This document shows, piece by piece, positions 56,254-64,000 of a DNA stretch of 64,000 nucleotides. Under the pieces are notes generated by a model that was not told the DNA's origin, did no database searches, and was given only the letters and a program-made list of their open reading frames with translations. Origin of the DNA: an uncultured Clostridia bacterium (lineage in GTDB: Bacteria > Bacillota > Clostridia > Christensenellales > CAG-917); contig CAKQGN010000001.1 of assembly GCA_934233745.1 (NCBI GenBank), forward strand, positions 397,566-461,565. The letters run 5' to 3'. Every line of letters begins with the position of its first letter. The first letter of the stretch is position 1. Both the position numbers and the translations under genes were made by a program.

Positions 56254-57528
56254 TCAGCCACCAACTGCTTGAATTGTAAGCTCTTTTGCATCTTTGCCTT
56301 GAGTTTGCACAACAACTTTTGTTGTTCCGGCTGTTGCAGTCACAGTACCAGTAGAGGTGAATTTGCCATTTGACCATGTTCCAGCAATGGTTTCTTCGCC
56401 AATTTTGACAGTCGTATTTGTTGCAGTATAGGTTGTCTCTCCGCCTTCAATTTCAAGTTTATTGTCAGCAGTAAGTTTTGCAGATGTCGCTTTAGTCTCT
56501 GCATTTGCACAGTCAAAGAACATTTTTATATCACCAGATGCCGTTTTGCCTTGGCCGTTACAGTCAGTATCTGCACCTGCCATATAAATAACAACCTCCA
56601 CTTGCGTAATCTTATTTACTTCAGTATCAAGTCCGCTAATAACACAAGCCATAGAACCTGTTGGTAGTGTTCCACCTATTGCGGTAGAATATGCAGTTGC
56701 AATAGTGCCTGTCACATTAGTTGTAATATCACCTTTTTTTGTTGTGCCTTTGTTTGTGCCATAAACGTCGACTTCTGTCCAATTCGGTTCAGCTGCGCCG
56801 TCTTTCCTTACTCGATAAGCAACGTGTATTGAAGCAAGTATGCCAAGAGTGCTAGTGTCTGAAGAAGGTGAAATCATGACAACAAAATTGTTTCTATCAA
56901 GTGCCTTTGTCGGTTGAACGCCAAGAATGAAATGCGCATAATCGCCCGCACCTTCACCATTAATATTTGCTCTAGCCAACGATTGGTTTGTCAAATCATT
57001 CGACCCCTGTGCCTTGTTTGCAGCTATGACAGCTGTTTTGCCTGTCGTTGTATTGCCATATGCGATTGAACCATCTTGGTTTGGAGTATCTGTAACCCAA
57101 AAACGCGTATTTGCTGTTGTTGCTTTTGATGCATTATCCTCAGATGTTGCCTCGGCGGAAGTAGTTAAACCAACAGCTTTTGCTTGTGAACCCCAATTGA
57201 TATTGTGTTCAAGAGTTGCGCTTAACCCATCGGAACCACCACTCCACGAGCCAGGATTATTGATTTTCCCTGGTCCTGAATCGTTTGTTGTACCAGTTGT
57301 AAAAGTAACAGAACCAGTTGTAAATTCTCCAGCTGAGGGATTTTGGCTTAATGAATATTCTTTTTTCATACCAATGTTAACAGCATTTGAAGATACGACT
57401 GAAACATTGAAACCAGATATTTCAGTTTTGTTCGATGCCGTAAACCAAGCGTATGTAGCGGTGGTGAGAGATGCAATCAAGACAACAACCATCACGACTG
57501 TTGAAATAATCAAACCTTTCTTTTTCAT
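56254..57528 (-). CDS. secreted protein with a SipW-dependent signal peptide, paralog B
   Basis: The first 29 aa are identical to paralog A (MKKKGLIISTVVMVVVLIASLTTATYAWF). The body is divergent and Thr/Gly/Ala-rich. C-terminal region ..VEVVIYMAGADTDCNGQG..GDIKMFFDC. Confidence 0.75.
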   Translation of the reverse strand: MKKKGLIISTVVMVVVLIASLTTATYAWFTASNKTEISGFNVSVVSSNAVNIGMKKEYSLSQNPSAGEFTTGSVTFTTGTTNDSGPGKINNPGSWSGGSDGLSATLEHNINWGSQAKAVGLTTSAEATSEDNASKATTANTRFWVTDTPNQDGSIAYGNTTTGKTAVIAANKAQGSNDLTNQSLARANINGEGAGDYAHFILGVQPTKALDRNNFVVMISPSSDTSTLGILASIHVAYRVRKDGAAEPNWTEVDVYGTNKGTTKKGDITTNVTGTIATAYSTAIGGTLPTGSMACVISGLDTEVNKITQVEVVIYMAGADTDCNGQGKTASGDIKMFFDCANAETKATSAKLTADNKLEIEGGETTYTATNTTVKIGEETIAGTWSNGKFTSTGTVTATAGTTKVVVQTQGKDAKELTIQAVGG

Positions 57529-57632
57529 CGTTTTTCTCCTTATCGGAATAAAGCCCCTTTCTAAAAAACTTTATCCCAAATTTTATTTTTTTATTTTTTT
57601 TGTTTTTGTTTTGTTGTGCGTTCGGGTGTGGG
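57443..57632 (-). repeat. outer inverted repeat, right arm
   Basis: Reverse complement of 53401-53587. Confidence 0.9.
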
Positions 57633-57646
57633 TATCCCACCATTTT

Positions 57647-57740
57647 GTCATTTAGAGCGATAGCGTGGGAATCCAGCCGACAGGCGCATTTCGCTCCGCT
57701 AGATTGCCACGTCGCAACATTCGTTGCTCCTCGCAATGAC
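57647..57740. repeat. composite REP-like palindrome (inverted copy of 53108-53201)
   Basis: GTCATTTAGAGCGATAGCGTGGGAATCCAGCCGACAGGCGCATTTCGCTCCGCTAGATTGCCACGTCGCAACATTCGTTGCTCCTCGCAATGAC. Confidence 0.8.
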
Positions 57741-57840
57741 ACGTGGGGGTGGGGTGTAAAATTGCGAATTTGCGCAAAAATCGTCGCTGTGGCAACTGCA
57801 ACGCTCACAGGTGCGCATTGCCGAGAGCCACGCTAGGTTT

Positions 57841-58146
57841 TTTCACAGGTAAAAGTACGTGTAATTTGAATTGCAATTTCCCCTTTCCTCAGGTGTTTTC
57901 CCCCTCGCCGTTCCCCCTTAAAATGGAACCCACGGCGACCGCGGAGCGGGGGACAACACTCAACGCTCGCATAGATAGGGCATTTCACTCATTATGCCAC
58001 TTCGCCTGCGTGGCGGCTCCGCAACAGAATGCCACGCATTCTCGTACTAACCGTCAAGCTCGGTGTTCGCTACGGTCGTCGCCTTGCGACTCCAATTCCG
58101 TCTTCGAATAGGCATATACCGTGCATGAGAACGCTTTGAATAAGTT
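57841..58146 (-). repeat. structured interspersed element, copy 5 (short form, minus strand, upstream of paralog B)
   Basis: The reverse complement carries all conserved blocks. The variable helix is TGCGTGGC/GCCACGCA. Confidence 0.85.
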
Positions 58147-58202
58147 TTTGAAAATAGAAAAATCAAAAATTGTAATAAAAAAACCCTACTGAATAGTAGG
58201 GT

Positions 58203-58233
58203 TTCAATTTGTTGGCGGAGAAGCAGGGATTTG
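58203..58233 (-). pseudogene. 31-nt duplicate of the tRNA-Ser 3' end and flank, with its own terminator hairpin (58180-58203)
   Basis: TTCAATTTGTTGGCGGAGAAGCAGGGATTTG is identical to 58387-58417. Confidence 0.8.
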
Positions 58234-58363
58234 TTCAATAGCGAGCAAGCAAGTTAACTTGCAAAAGCGAGCGTCAGCCTGGCGGTGACAGGGTTCACTT
58301 TGCGCAAAACGCAAAGTGCAAAGCAATGAAGTATTGCTTTGCAAAATCACTGCAAAAAGGTAA

Positions 58364-58386
58364 CAAAAAAGCACTCTTGCGAGTGC
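58364..58386 (-). terminator. intrinsic terminator of tRNA-Ser
   Basis: GCACTC-TTGC-GAGTGC hairpin with a T-run on the minus strand. Confidence 0.7.
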
Positions 58387-58396
58387 TTCAATTTGT

Positions 58397-58488
58397 TGGC
58401 GGAGAAGCAGGGATTTGAACCCTGGCTACGATTCACTCGTACTACTCCCTTAGCAGGGGAGCCCCTTCGGCCTCTTGGGTACTTCTCC
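58397..58488 (-). tRNA. tRNA-Ser (anticodon GCT), long variable arm, CCA encoded
   Basis: The reverse complement is GGAGAAGTACCCAAGAGGCCGAAGGGGCTCCCCTGCTAAGGGAGTAGTACGAGTGAATCGTAGCCAGGGTTCAAATCCCTGCTTCTCCGCCA. Anticodon arm CTCCC-CTGCTAA-GGGAG. Confidence 0.85.
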
Positions 58489-58899
58489 AAAAAAATAATA
58501 AACAGAATATTTGTTTGTCAAGGGGCATTTTGCCGATTGACTTGGTTATAATAGCACATGATTTGAAACATTGTCAATGATTTTTGTATAAATGCGACGA
58601 TGGTTTTGCGCCGTATTGGCGCATGTCATGCAGAATAATTGTCAAACTTGGTGTTTTGTCATATTTTTGCTGTTGACACGGGCGGGGTTTTCAGCTAAAA
58701 TACATAGTGTATAGTTATAACTATACGCTACAGCAAAATCATTCGAGCAAAGCGGCGCGATTGCGCGTTCCGTTGAAGGGCAATAAGCATGGCTCGGTGA
58801 CGTCAATAGTCATTCGTTTTCTTCTCGGCTGCGCCGTTGGCGCGGAGTGGGGCAATAAGTCGTGAGTCGAAAGTGAAGAAGCATCATAAGGAAGACAGT

Positions 58900-59877
58900 A
58901 TGAACATCAAGGAAAAACTCGCGTCCTCTTCCAAAAAGGAACGCACTCCTCAGCAACAAAAGGCCATGACCATTCTCAATTGGGTGGCAACCGCAGTTTG
59001 CATTATTGTAATTATTTTTGCGCTGATTGTGGCGATTTTTACCATTGCCGGCTCTACAAGCAAGGACCATCTCACAAGATTCGGTGACAAGATTTATCTC
59101 AACGTCGCGTCCGACTCAATGGAGCCGACTTTCAGCACCAGCGACGTGATTATCGCAAATGCGTTCAACTATGAAAAACAACTTGCAGAACTAAAAGTCG
59201 GACAAGTCGTCACTTTCAAGACTACGGTGCGCTCGGGCGGAAATACCTATGAGGTTTTCAACACCCACAGAATCGTCAGAATCAACTTTGAAGAAAACGG
59301 CACGACCGTAAGAAACTTCACCACGCGCGGCGACAATTCAAAATCCGCAGACAAGGATAATTCCAAACTTTCATGGAAAGAAGCCATTGTTCAAAACACG
59401 CTTGGTCTCACTGAAACAGTGGCTCCGTCCAACATCGTTGCCACTTGGGGCAGTGTGGACGAAAACGGCAATTTCACGTCAGGCAAGATGCTCAAGGGCG
59501 TAGGCGGATTTGCCAACTTCATTCAAGACACAGAGCACTTTGGCGCAAACCATAAGATGCGTTTCTTCTGCATCGTGGTTTTGCCGCTTATTTTGCTGTT
59601 TGTGATTTACGCATTTGTTTTGGTGCGTACTCTCGTCATTGCAAAACTCGAAAATCAACGCAAGGTGCAATCCGAGCAAGTCATCACGGTGGACAGCCTC
59701 TCCGACGAGGAAAAACGCCGTCTTGCCCAAGAGTACCTGGCGTCTTTGCAGGCGCAGACAGGCGGTGATACGTCCGATACAAAAGCCGATGACGCTCAAA
59801 CCGACGAAACTTCAACCGACAAGTCGGACAGTTCGGACGTCAGCGACGACAATGCAAGCGAGGATAAACCCGAATAA
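58900..59877 (+). CDS. sipW: signal peptidase I, SipW (archaeal/ER) type, with a C-terminal TM helix and an acidic tail
   Basis: Catalytic Ser box ASDSMEPTF, His box THRIV, and TRGDNS..D. ATG at 58900 behind AAGGAAG. Confidence 0.85.
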   Translation: MNIKEKLASSSKKERTPQQQKAMTILNWVATAVCIIVIIFALIVAIFTIAGSTSKDHLTRFGDKIYLNVASDSMEPTFSTSDVIIANAFNYEKQLAELKVGQVVTFKTTVRSGGNTYEVFNTHRIVRINFEENGTTVRNFTTRGDNSKSADKDNSKLSWKEAIVQNTLGLTETVAPSNIVATWGSVDENGNFTSGKMLKGVGGFANFIQDTEHFGANHKMRFFCIVVLPLILLFVIYAFVLVRTLVIAKLENQRKVQSEQVITVDSLSDEEKRRLAQEYLASLQAQTGGDTSDTKADDAQTDETSTDKSDSSDVSDDNASEDKPE

Positions 59878-60076
59878 ACAGTTTTGATTTTTCCGAATTT
59901 CGATTTCGCGCATTGCGCGTGCGCAAAATCGAAGTACCCTTTTGCAAAGTCGATACGTTTATCCGTTTTTAGGATAGGGGACATCGCGAATCGGGCTGAC
60001 TTTGCAAACGTTCGCATTGTGCGGGCGTCGGCTATCGCGGGAGGCGAGATGCCGAATATAAAATATATCGACAACA

Positions 60077-61591
60077 ATGAACATAAATTTAGTGTTTGAA
60101 TTTCTCAAAGCCTTCCTCGGCGCATTTTACGACAAGGGTATCGGCAGTATTTTCTGGGGTTTTCTGCATATCTTTTACAACGAAGGGTATGCGGACGCTT
60201 TCAAGAATTACACCGAGTACTTCGGCGCAGGGGAGTGGGCTGTCGCAATAATTTTTATCATTCTTATCGTCGCGGTAATTGTTGCGATTATCGTTTTGAT
60301 TGCGCTCGGAATCCGCAAACTCGCAAGACTTCAAAAAGCCAAAGTCTTGCCCCAGGACCTCGTTGAAGAATGCGCAAACCTCAAAAAGCAAATCATCAAA
60401 ATGTCGGCAGAGAAAGACCGTATTCTCGGTATGCGCGTGAGCGATATCGGCACGTATGAGGGCGAAGAAGGAGAAGATGGCGAAAAGAAAGAAGAAAAAT
60501 CTCCGACAGGCGAATCCCGCTTTTACAAGCTCACCGAAATCGACAAGATTTACGAAAATTACGTTCCGCCCGTATACGACGATTCTATTACGCTGCCCGA
60601 GCTGTGCGATCGCTTCCGCAACTTTGCCTGCTCGCGCATGCGCCTTTACTACAATCCGCGTATCATAAGACTGTTTATTGCAGGTATGTCAACATCTCGT
60701 CTTATGATTTTGCAAGGTATTTCCGGTACAGGTAAAACCTCGCTTCCGCACGCTATGGGTATTTTCCTCAACAACCCGGCGACGATTGCGTCCGTTCAGC
60801 CGTCCTGGCGTGACCGTACCGAGCTTTTCGGATACTTCAACGAATTTACAAAGCGTTTCAACGAAACCGAGGTTTTGAAGAAAATGTACGAGGCTACCTG
60901 GAACGACCAAATCTACCTCACCGTTCTCGACGAAATGAACATCGCGCGTGTCGAGTACTATTTTGCCGAAATGTTGTCAATTCTCGAAATGCCTTCACGC
61001 GACGAGTGGATTGTCGACCTCGTGCCGTCGGGTTGGCCGAACGACCCCAAACATATCGACAAAGGGCGTTTCCAACTTCCGCAAAACATGTGGTTTATCG
61101 GCACGGCAAACAACGACGACTCGACGTTTGCTATTTCGGATAAAGTCTACGACCGTGCTATGCCTATCAACATCAACAGCAAGGGTGTGCCTTTCGACGC
61201 TCCTTGGGCGGACAATATTTTCATCAGCTACAAGCATCTTGAAGCGATGTTCAAAGAGTCGCAAGAGACATACAAGGTGTCGCAGGAAGTGCTTGACAAA
61301 GTCAATAAATTGGACGACTACGTTATCGAGCATTTCCGCCTCGCGTTCGGCAACCGTATCGTGAAGCAGCTCAAAGAGTTTGTCCCGTCATATGTCGGAT
61401 GCGGCGGAACGGAGCTTGACGGACTCGACTATGTGCTTTGCAACAAGATTTTCCGTAAGTTCGAATCACTCAACTTGTCATACATCCGCGACGAAATCGA
61501 CGGTTTGATTTTGTATTTGAGCGAGCTTTTCGGAGAGGAAAACATGCAAGAGAGCAAAGAATACATCAACAGACTTAAAAAATTGTTCTAA
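60077..61591 (+). CDS. membrane-anchored McrB-like AAA+ (AAA_5) NTPase
   Basis: TM helix (WAVAIIFIILIVAVIVAIIVLIALGI), a coiled/acidic linker and Walker A LQGISGTGKTS. Walker B plus McrB-type segment LTVLDEMNIARVEYYFAEMLSILE, then FIGTANNDDS..DKVYDRAMPI. Confidence 0.75.
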   Translation: MNINLVFEFLKAFLGAFYDKGIGSIFWGFLHIFYNEGYADAFKNYTEYFGAGEWAVAIIFIILIVAVIVAIIVLIALGIRKLARLQKAKVLPQDLVEECANLKKQIIKMSAEKDRILGMRVSDIGTYEGEEGEDGEKKEEKSPTGESRFYKLTEIDKIYENYVPPVYDDSITLPELCDRFRNFACSRMRLYYNPRIIRLFIAGMSTSRLMILQGISGTGKTSLPHAMGIFLNNPATIASVQPSWRDRTELFGYFNEFTKRFNETEVLKKMYEATWNDQIYLTVLDEMNIARVEYYFAEMLSILEMPSRDEWIVDLVPSGWPNDPKHIDKGRFQLPQNMWFIGTANNDDSTFAISDKVYDRAMPININSKGVPFDAPWADNIFISYKHLEAMFKESQETYKVSQEVLDKVNKLDDYVIEHFRLAFGNRIVKQLKEFVPSYVGCGGTELDGLDYVLCNKIFRKFESLNLSYIRDEIDGLILYLSELFGEENMQESKEYINRLKKLF

Positions 61592-61606
61592 TTCTACACT
61601 TGTTTG

Positions 61607-61950
61607 TAGACGGAACGCGAGCCGCAGGAGGCGAGAAAGCGAGCGCCGAACTTGACGAACAGTACGAGTGAACGGGCGAGTGTGGATTTTTTCGCCCGTG
61701 AACGAGTGGCATAATGAGTGAACGATACCTTTCTATGTGAGAGCCGAGTGTTGCCCCACGCGAAGCGGACGCCGTGGATTCCCTCAAAGTATGCAGAGGG
61801 GGAACGGCGGTATGGGCGCGACGCGTTAAGCAACACATTCGATGAATGTGTTGTAACCAAAGCGAACGAGGCGGATTGCGGTGCGCAAACGCCGAAGTCC
61901 AAACACGTGAGGAAGGGGGAAGTTTTAATTGTAACAAACGTGTCGGCGTG
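61607..61950 (+). repeat. structured interspersed element, copy 6 (long form)
   Basis: All blocks are present. The variable helix is ACGGGCGA/TCGCCCGT and the optional domain is at 61813-61900. Confidence 0.85.
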
Positions 61951-62070
61951 CGGGTGGGGCTTGCCCCACACCCCAATGAATAATTAGGGCGTGTAGCAAA
62001 ATACTACGTCTTAAAATTCCGCTTTATCAATCTATCGCCGGAGTGGAATATAAATAAATCTCATAAAAGT

Positions 62071-64000
62071 ATGGCAGACAACAAGATTACAAGAGAAGTG
62101 TACAGACAGTACGCAAATAAGATTGTTTCCGTCCTCAACAAAGAGGGCTTTTATGAGCAATTCAAAAAACGCGTCGACAAGGGCGCATCGAGCTTCAAAC
62201 TCGCAAAAAAACGCCTCGTTCAAGATATTTCGATAGACTGGATCGATACGATCGAAAGCATACTTCCCAATCTCGACACGATTGTACGCAACCCGAGAAA
62301 GTTTATCGTGCAGGAAGAGGATATTGTCGACGTATCGCTTGCAAGAAGTATATCGACAGAATCGGTCAAATACCTTGCCCAGCACACAAATATGATCTCG
62401 AAGGTCGATGAAAAAACAGGTGACGTTACTCCGTCGAAAATCCTCAATATCACAAAAGAGGAATCCTTTGAGATATACGAAAATCGCTTTATTTATACGC
62501 TTCTTTTGAAACTTAAAGACTTCGTAACCATGCGTTACGACAAGATTAAAAAGGCGTCGGCAACGCAGGACGTGCTGGAACTCGACATTGAATCGAGGTT
62601 CAATCTTCCGAGCAAGAAAATCACTTATAGAACGGAATATTTTGCTCAATTGAGTTTTGACGAAGTTATGCGCCTCGATCCCGACACTCTCACAAAAATC
62701 GAGAGAGTGGCAAAAATCGACCGCATTATAACCGACTTCTTGTCGTCGTCTTTTGCAAAATCCATGCGCAATTCGGCACCCGTGCGTCCGCCTATCATGC
62801 GTACAAACGTCATTCTGAAAGAGCCGAACTTCAAAAAAGCACTTACGCTTTGGCAGTTTGTCGAAACCTATCAGCAAACGGCAGGTTTTTCCACGTCCGA
62901 CGAAGTGGAAGATTATGAAATCGACAGCGAAAGCGAGCAACGTCTGAAAAGCATGATCACGCTCAACACGATGGTGTTTGAGAGTATGTACGATCAATGC
63001 GAAACCGATATGGATATGGAAGACAAGCAATTTGCAGACTTCCTCCGCGTCGGTCAGATGGATTTTGAAAAAGACAATATCGACCGCGACGAATACGCTC
63101 AAAAACTCGAAGAGCAAAAGGAAAACGAAGAAGAAAAAGACAATATCGAAGAGGTAAAGCCTCAGGAAGACGCGGAATCGGAAAAGGAAATTCCGCCCGA
63201 AACTCCTCCCGAAGAACAGGAACAGGAAGAAAAAGAGTCGGAAACTCCTCCCGAAATCGAAGAAAAAGAGATTGAAAAGCCTCAAGAAATAGAAAAAGAA
63301 GTCGTTGTCGAGCATCCCGTCGAAGTTGAGCGTTTCAAAGAAATGCCACCCAAAGCAGACCAGGAAGAAGTCGATCTCGAACCCGATGCGGAAAAATTCG
63401 ATCAGCATCTTTTCGAAGTGCGCAAAATCTTTAAGCGTCCCGACGACGACAAGATTAAGCAAGAAGAAATCATCAAAGCGCGCGACGCCATTGACCGCTG
63501 CTTGACCTCGTATCGTCGTATCAAACAAGAGGAACTCGACGAACGCGACAGACAAGAGCGTATACGCCGTCGCAAAGAGGATATCAAAAAGCGTGCGGAA
63601 GCGTTCAGAAAACAGCGCGAGGAGCTTGAAAAGAACATGGATTCTTCTCAGGATTCCGCATATTTCGGCATGGATCCGTTCTCCTTCCAAAAGGCTAAAA
63701 TTCAAGAGAAAAAACGCCTCGAAGAAGAAGCGAAGCGCAAAGAAGCGATCAAGTTCGACAAACACGAAAATCTCGAACTCGAAGACAAAAACACCGACGC
63801 CATCAACAAGTCCATCGACGAGATGGAAAAGGCTCGTCAAGAAAAAGCGTTGCGCGACCAAAGAATCGATCATACGCTCGATGCAATCGATTCGGTTATG
63901 CCCATCGAAGGCGATGTTTTGTCAAGCAGAAGAGCAAAATCAAAACTTCCGACCGAAAGTCAAATACAAAATGTTTCCCAAACCGAAACGCCTCGATCGG
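62071..64000 (+). CDS. large DUF2357/McrC-N-terminal-like protein with a >350-aa Glu/Lys-rich region (3' end outside the window)
   Basis: Not in the ORF track because there is no stop in the window. I translated frame 1 from ATG 62071 (MADNKITREVYRQY..) to 64000 and found no stop in the parts checked. Motifs FEIYENRFIYTLLLKL and NVILKEPNFKKALTLWQFVE resemble the DUF2357/McrC N-terminal half. Confidence 0.6.
   Translation, partial: MADNKITREVYRQYANKIVSVLNKEGFYEQFKKRVDKGASSFKLAKKRLVQDISIDWIDTIESILPNLDTIVRNPRKFIVQEEDIVDVSLARSISTESVKYLAQHTNMISKVDEKTGDVTPSKILNITKEESFEIYENRFIYTLLLKLKDFVTMRYDKIKKASATQDVLELDIESRFNLPSKKITYRTEYFAQLSFDEVMRLDPDTLTKIERVAKIDRIITDFLSSSFAKSMRNSAPVRPPIMRTNVILKEPNFKKALTLWQFVETYQQTAGFSTSDEVEDYEIDSESEQRLKSMITLNTMVFESMYDQCETDMDMEDKQFADFLRVGQMDFEKDNIDRDEYAQKLEEQKENEEEKDNIEEVKPQEDAESEKEIPPETPPEEQEQEEKESETPPEIEEKEIEKPQEIEKEVVVEHPVEVERFKEMPPKADQEEVDLEPDAEKFDQHLFEVRKIFKRPDDDKIKQEEIIKARDAIDRCLTSYRRIKQEELDERDRQERIRRRKEDIKKRAEAFRKQREELEKNMDSSQDSAYFGMDPFSFQKAKIQEKKRLEEEAKRKEAIKFDKHENLELEDKNTDAINKSIDEMEKARQEKALRDQRIDHTLDAIDSVMPIEGDVLSSRRAKSKLPTESQIQNVSQTETPRS

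Noticed and set aside
46864-58488. The block might be a prophage or integrative element delimited by the duplicated tRNA ends.
   Set aside because: No integrase, recombinase, phage structural gene or conjugation gene lies in between. The duplicates bracket only 100-184 bp each. I report it only as possible scars or a hotspot, not as a mobile element call.

Overview
This is a chromosomal segment of an endospore-forming Firmicute, with Clostridia-like gene order and a complete spoIIIA operon. Positions 1 to about 46.8 kb are conserved housekeeping backbone, almost entirely on the + strand. The order is mcsB (3' end)-clpC, hpf, a sugar-phosphate isomerase, pgi and an orphan degenerate ABC ATPase. 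Then come ruvC-ruvA-ruvB-queA-tgt-yajC, secD-secF-recJ-relA, an MBL hydrolase, a hemZ-like radical SAM gene and rpsO-pnp. These are followed by a deacetylase and M16 peptidase, ftsK-rimO-pgsA-cinA-recA-rny, efp, spoIIIAA-AH and asp23-nusB-xseA-xseB-ispA. From tRNA-Gly (46.86 kb) to the end, the window becomes a repeat-saturated accessory region. It holds four tRNA genes (Gly, Cys, Leu, Ser), three of them with partial duplicates beside them, and a degenerate EAL protein. It also holds three paralogous exported or membrane proteins (two with SipW-type signal peptides) and a SipW-type signal peptidase. In a mirror-symmetric locus, two paralogs with identical 5' and 3' ends but divergent bodies converge on a nucleotidyltransferase/HEPN gene pair. 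A membrane-anchored McrB-like AAA+ protein sits next to a DUF2357/McrC-like partner. The most unusual signal is non-coding. A 290-365 nt element occurs six times, three of them wedged into the ruv-queA cluster, and its helices are maintained by compensatory changes. It therefore looks like a multi-copy structured RNA element, and I cannot assign it to a known family from memory. Three further short repeat families accompany it: REP-like GTCATTGCGAGG...GGCAATC units, tandem variable-hairpin+ATATCAC arrays, and long alternating pyrimidine-purine tracts. No rRNA, CRISPR array, transposase or integrase gene was seen.
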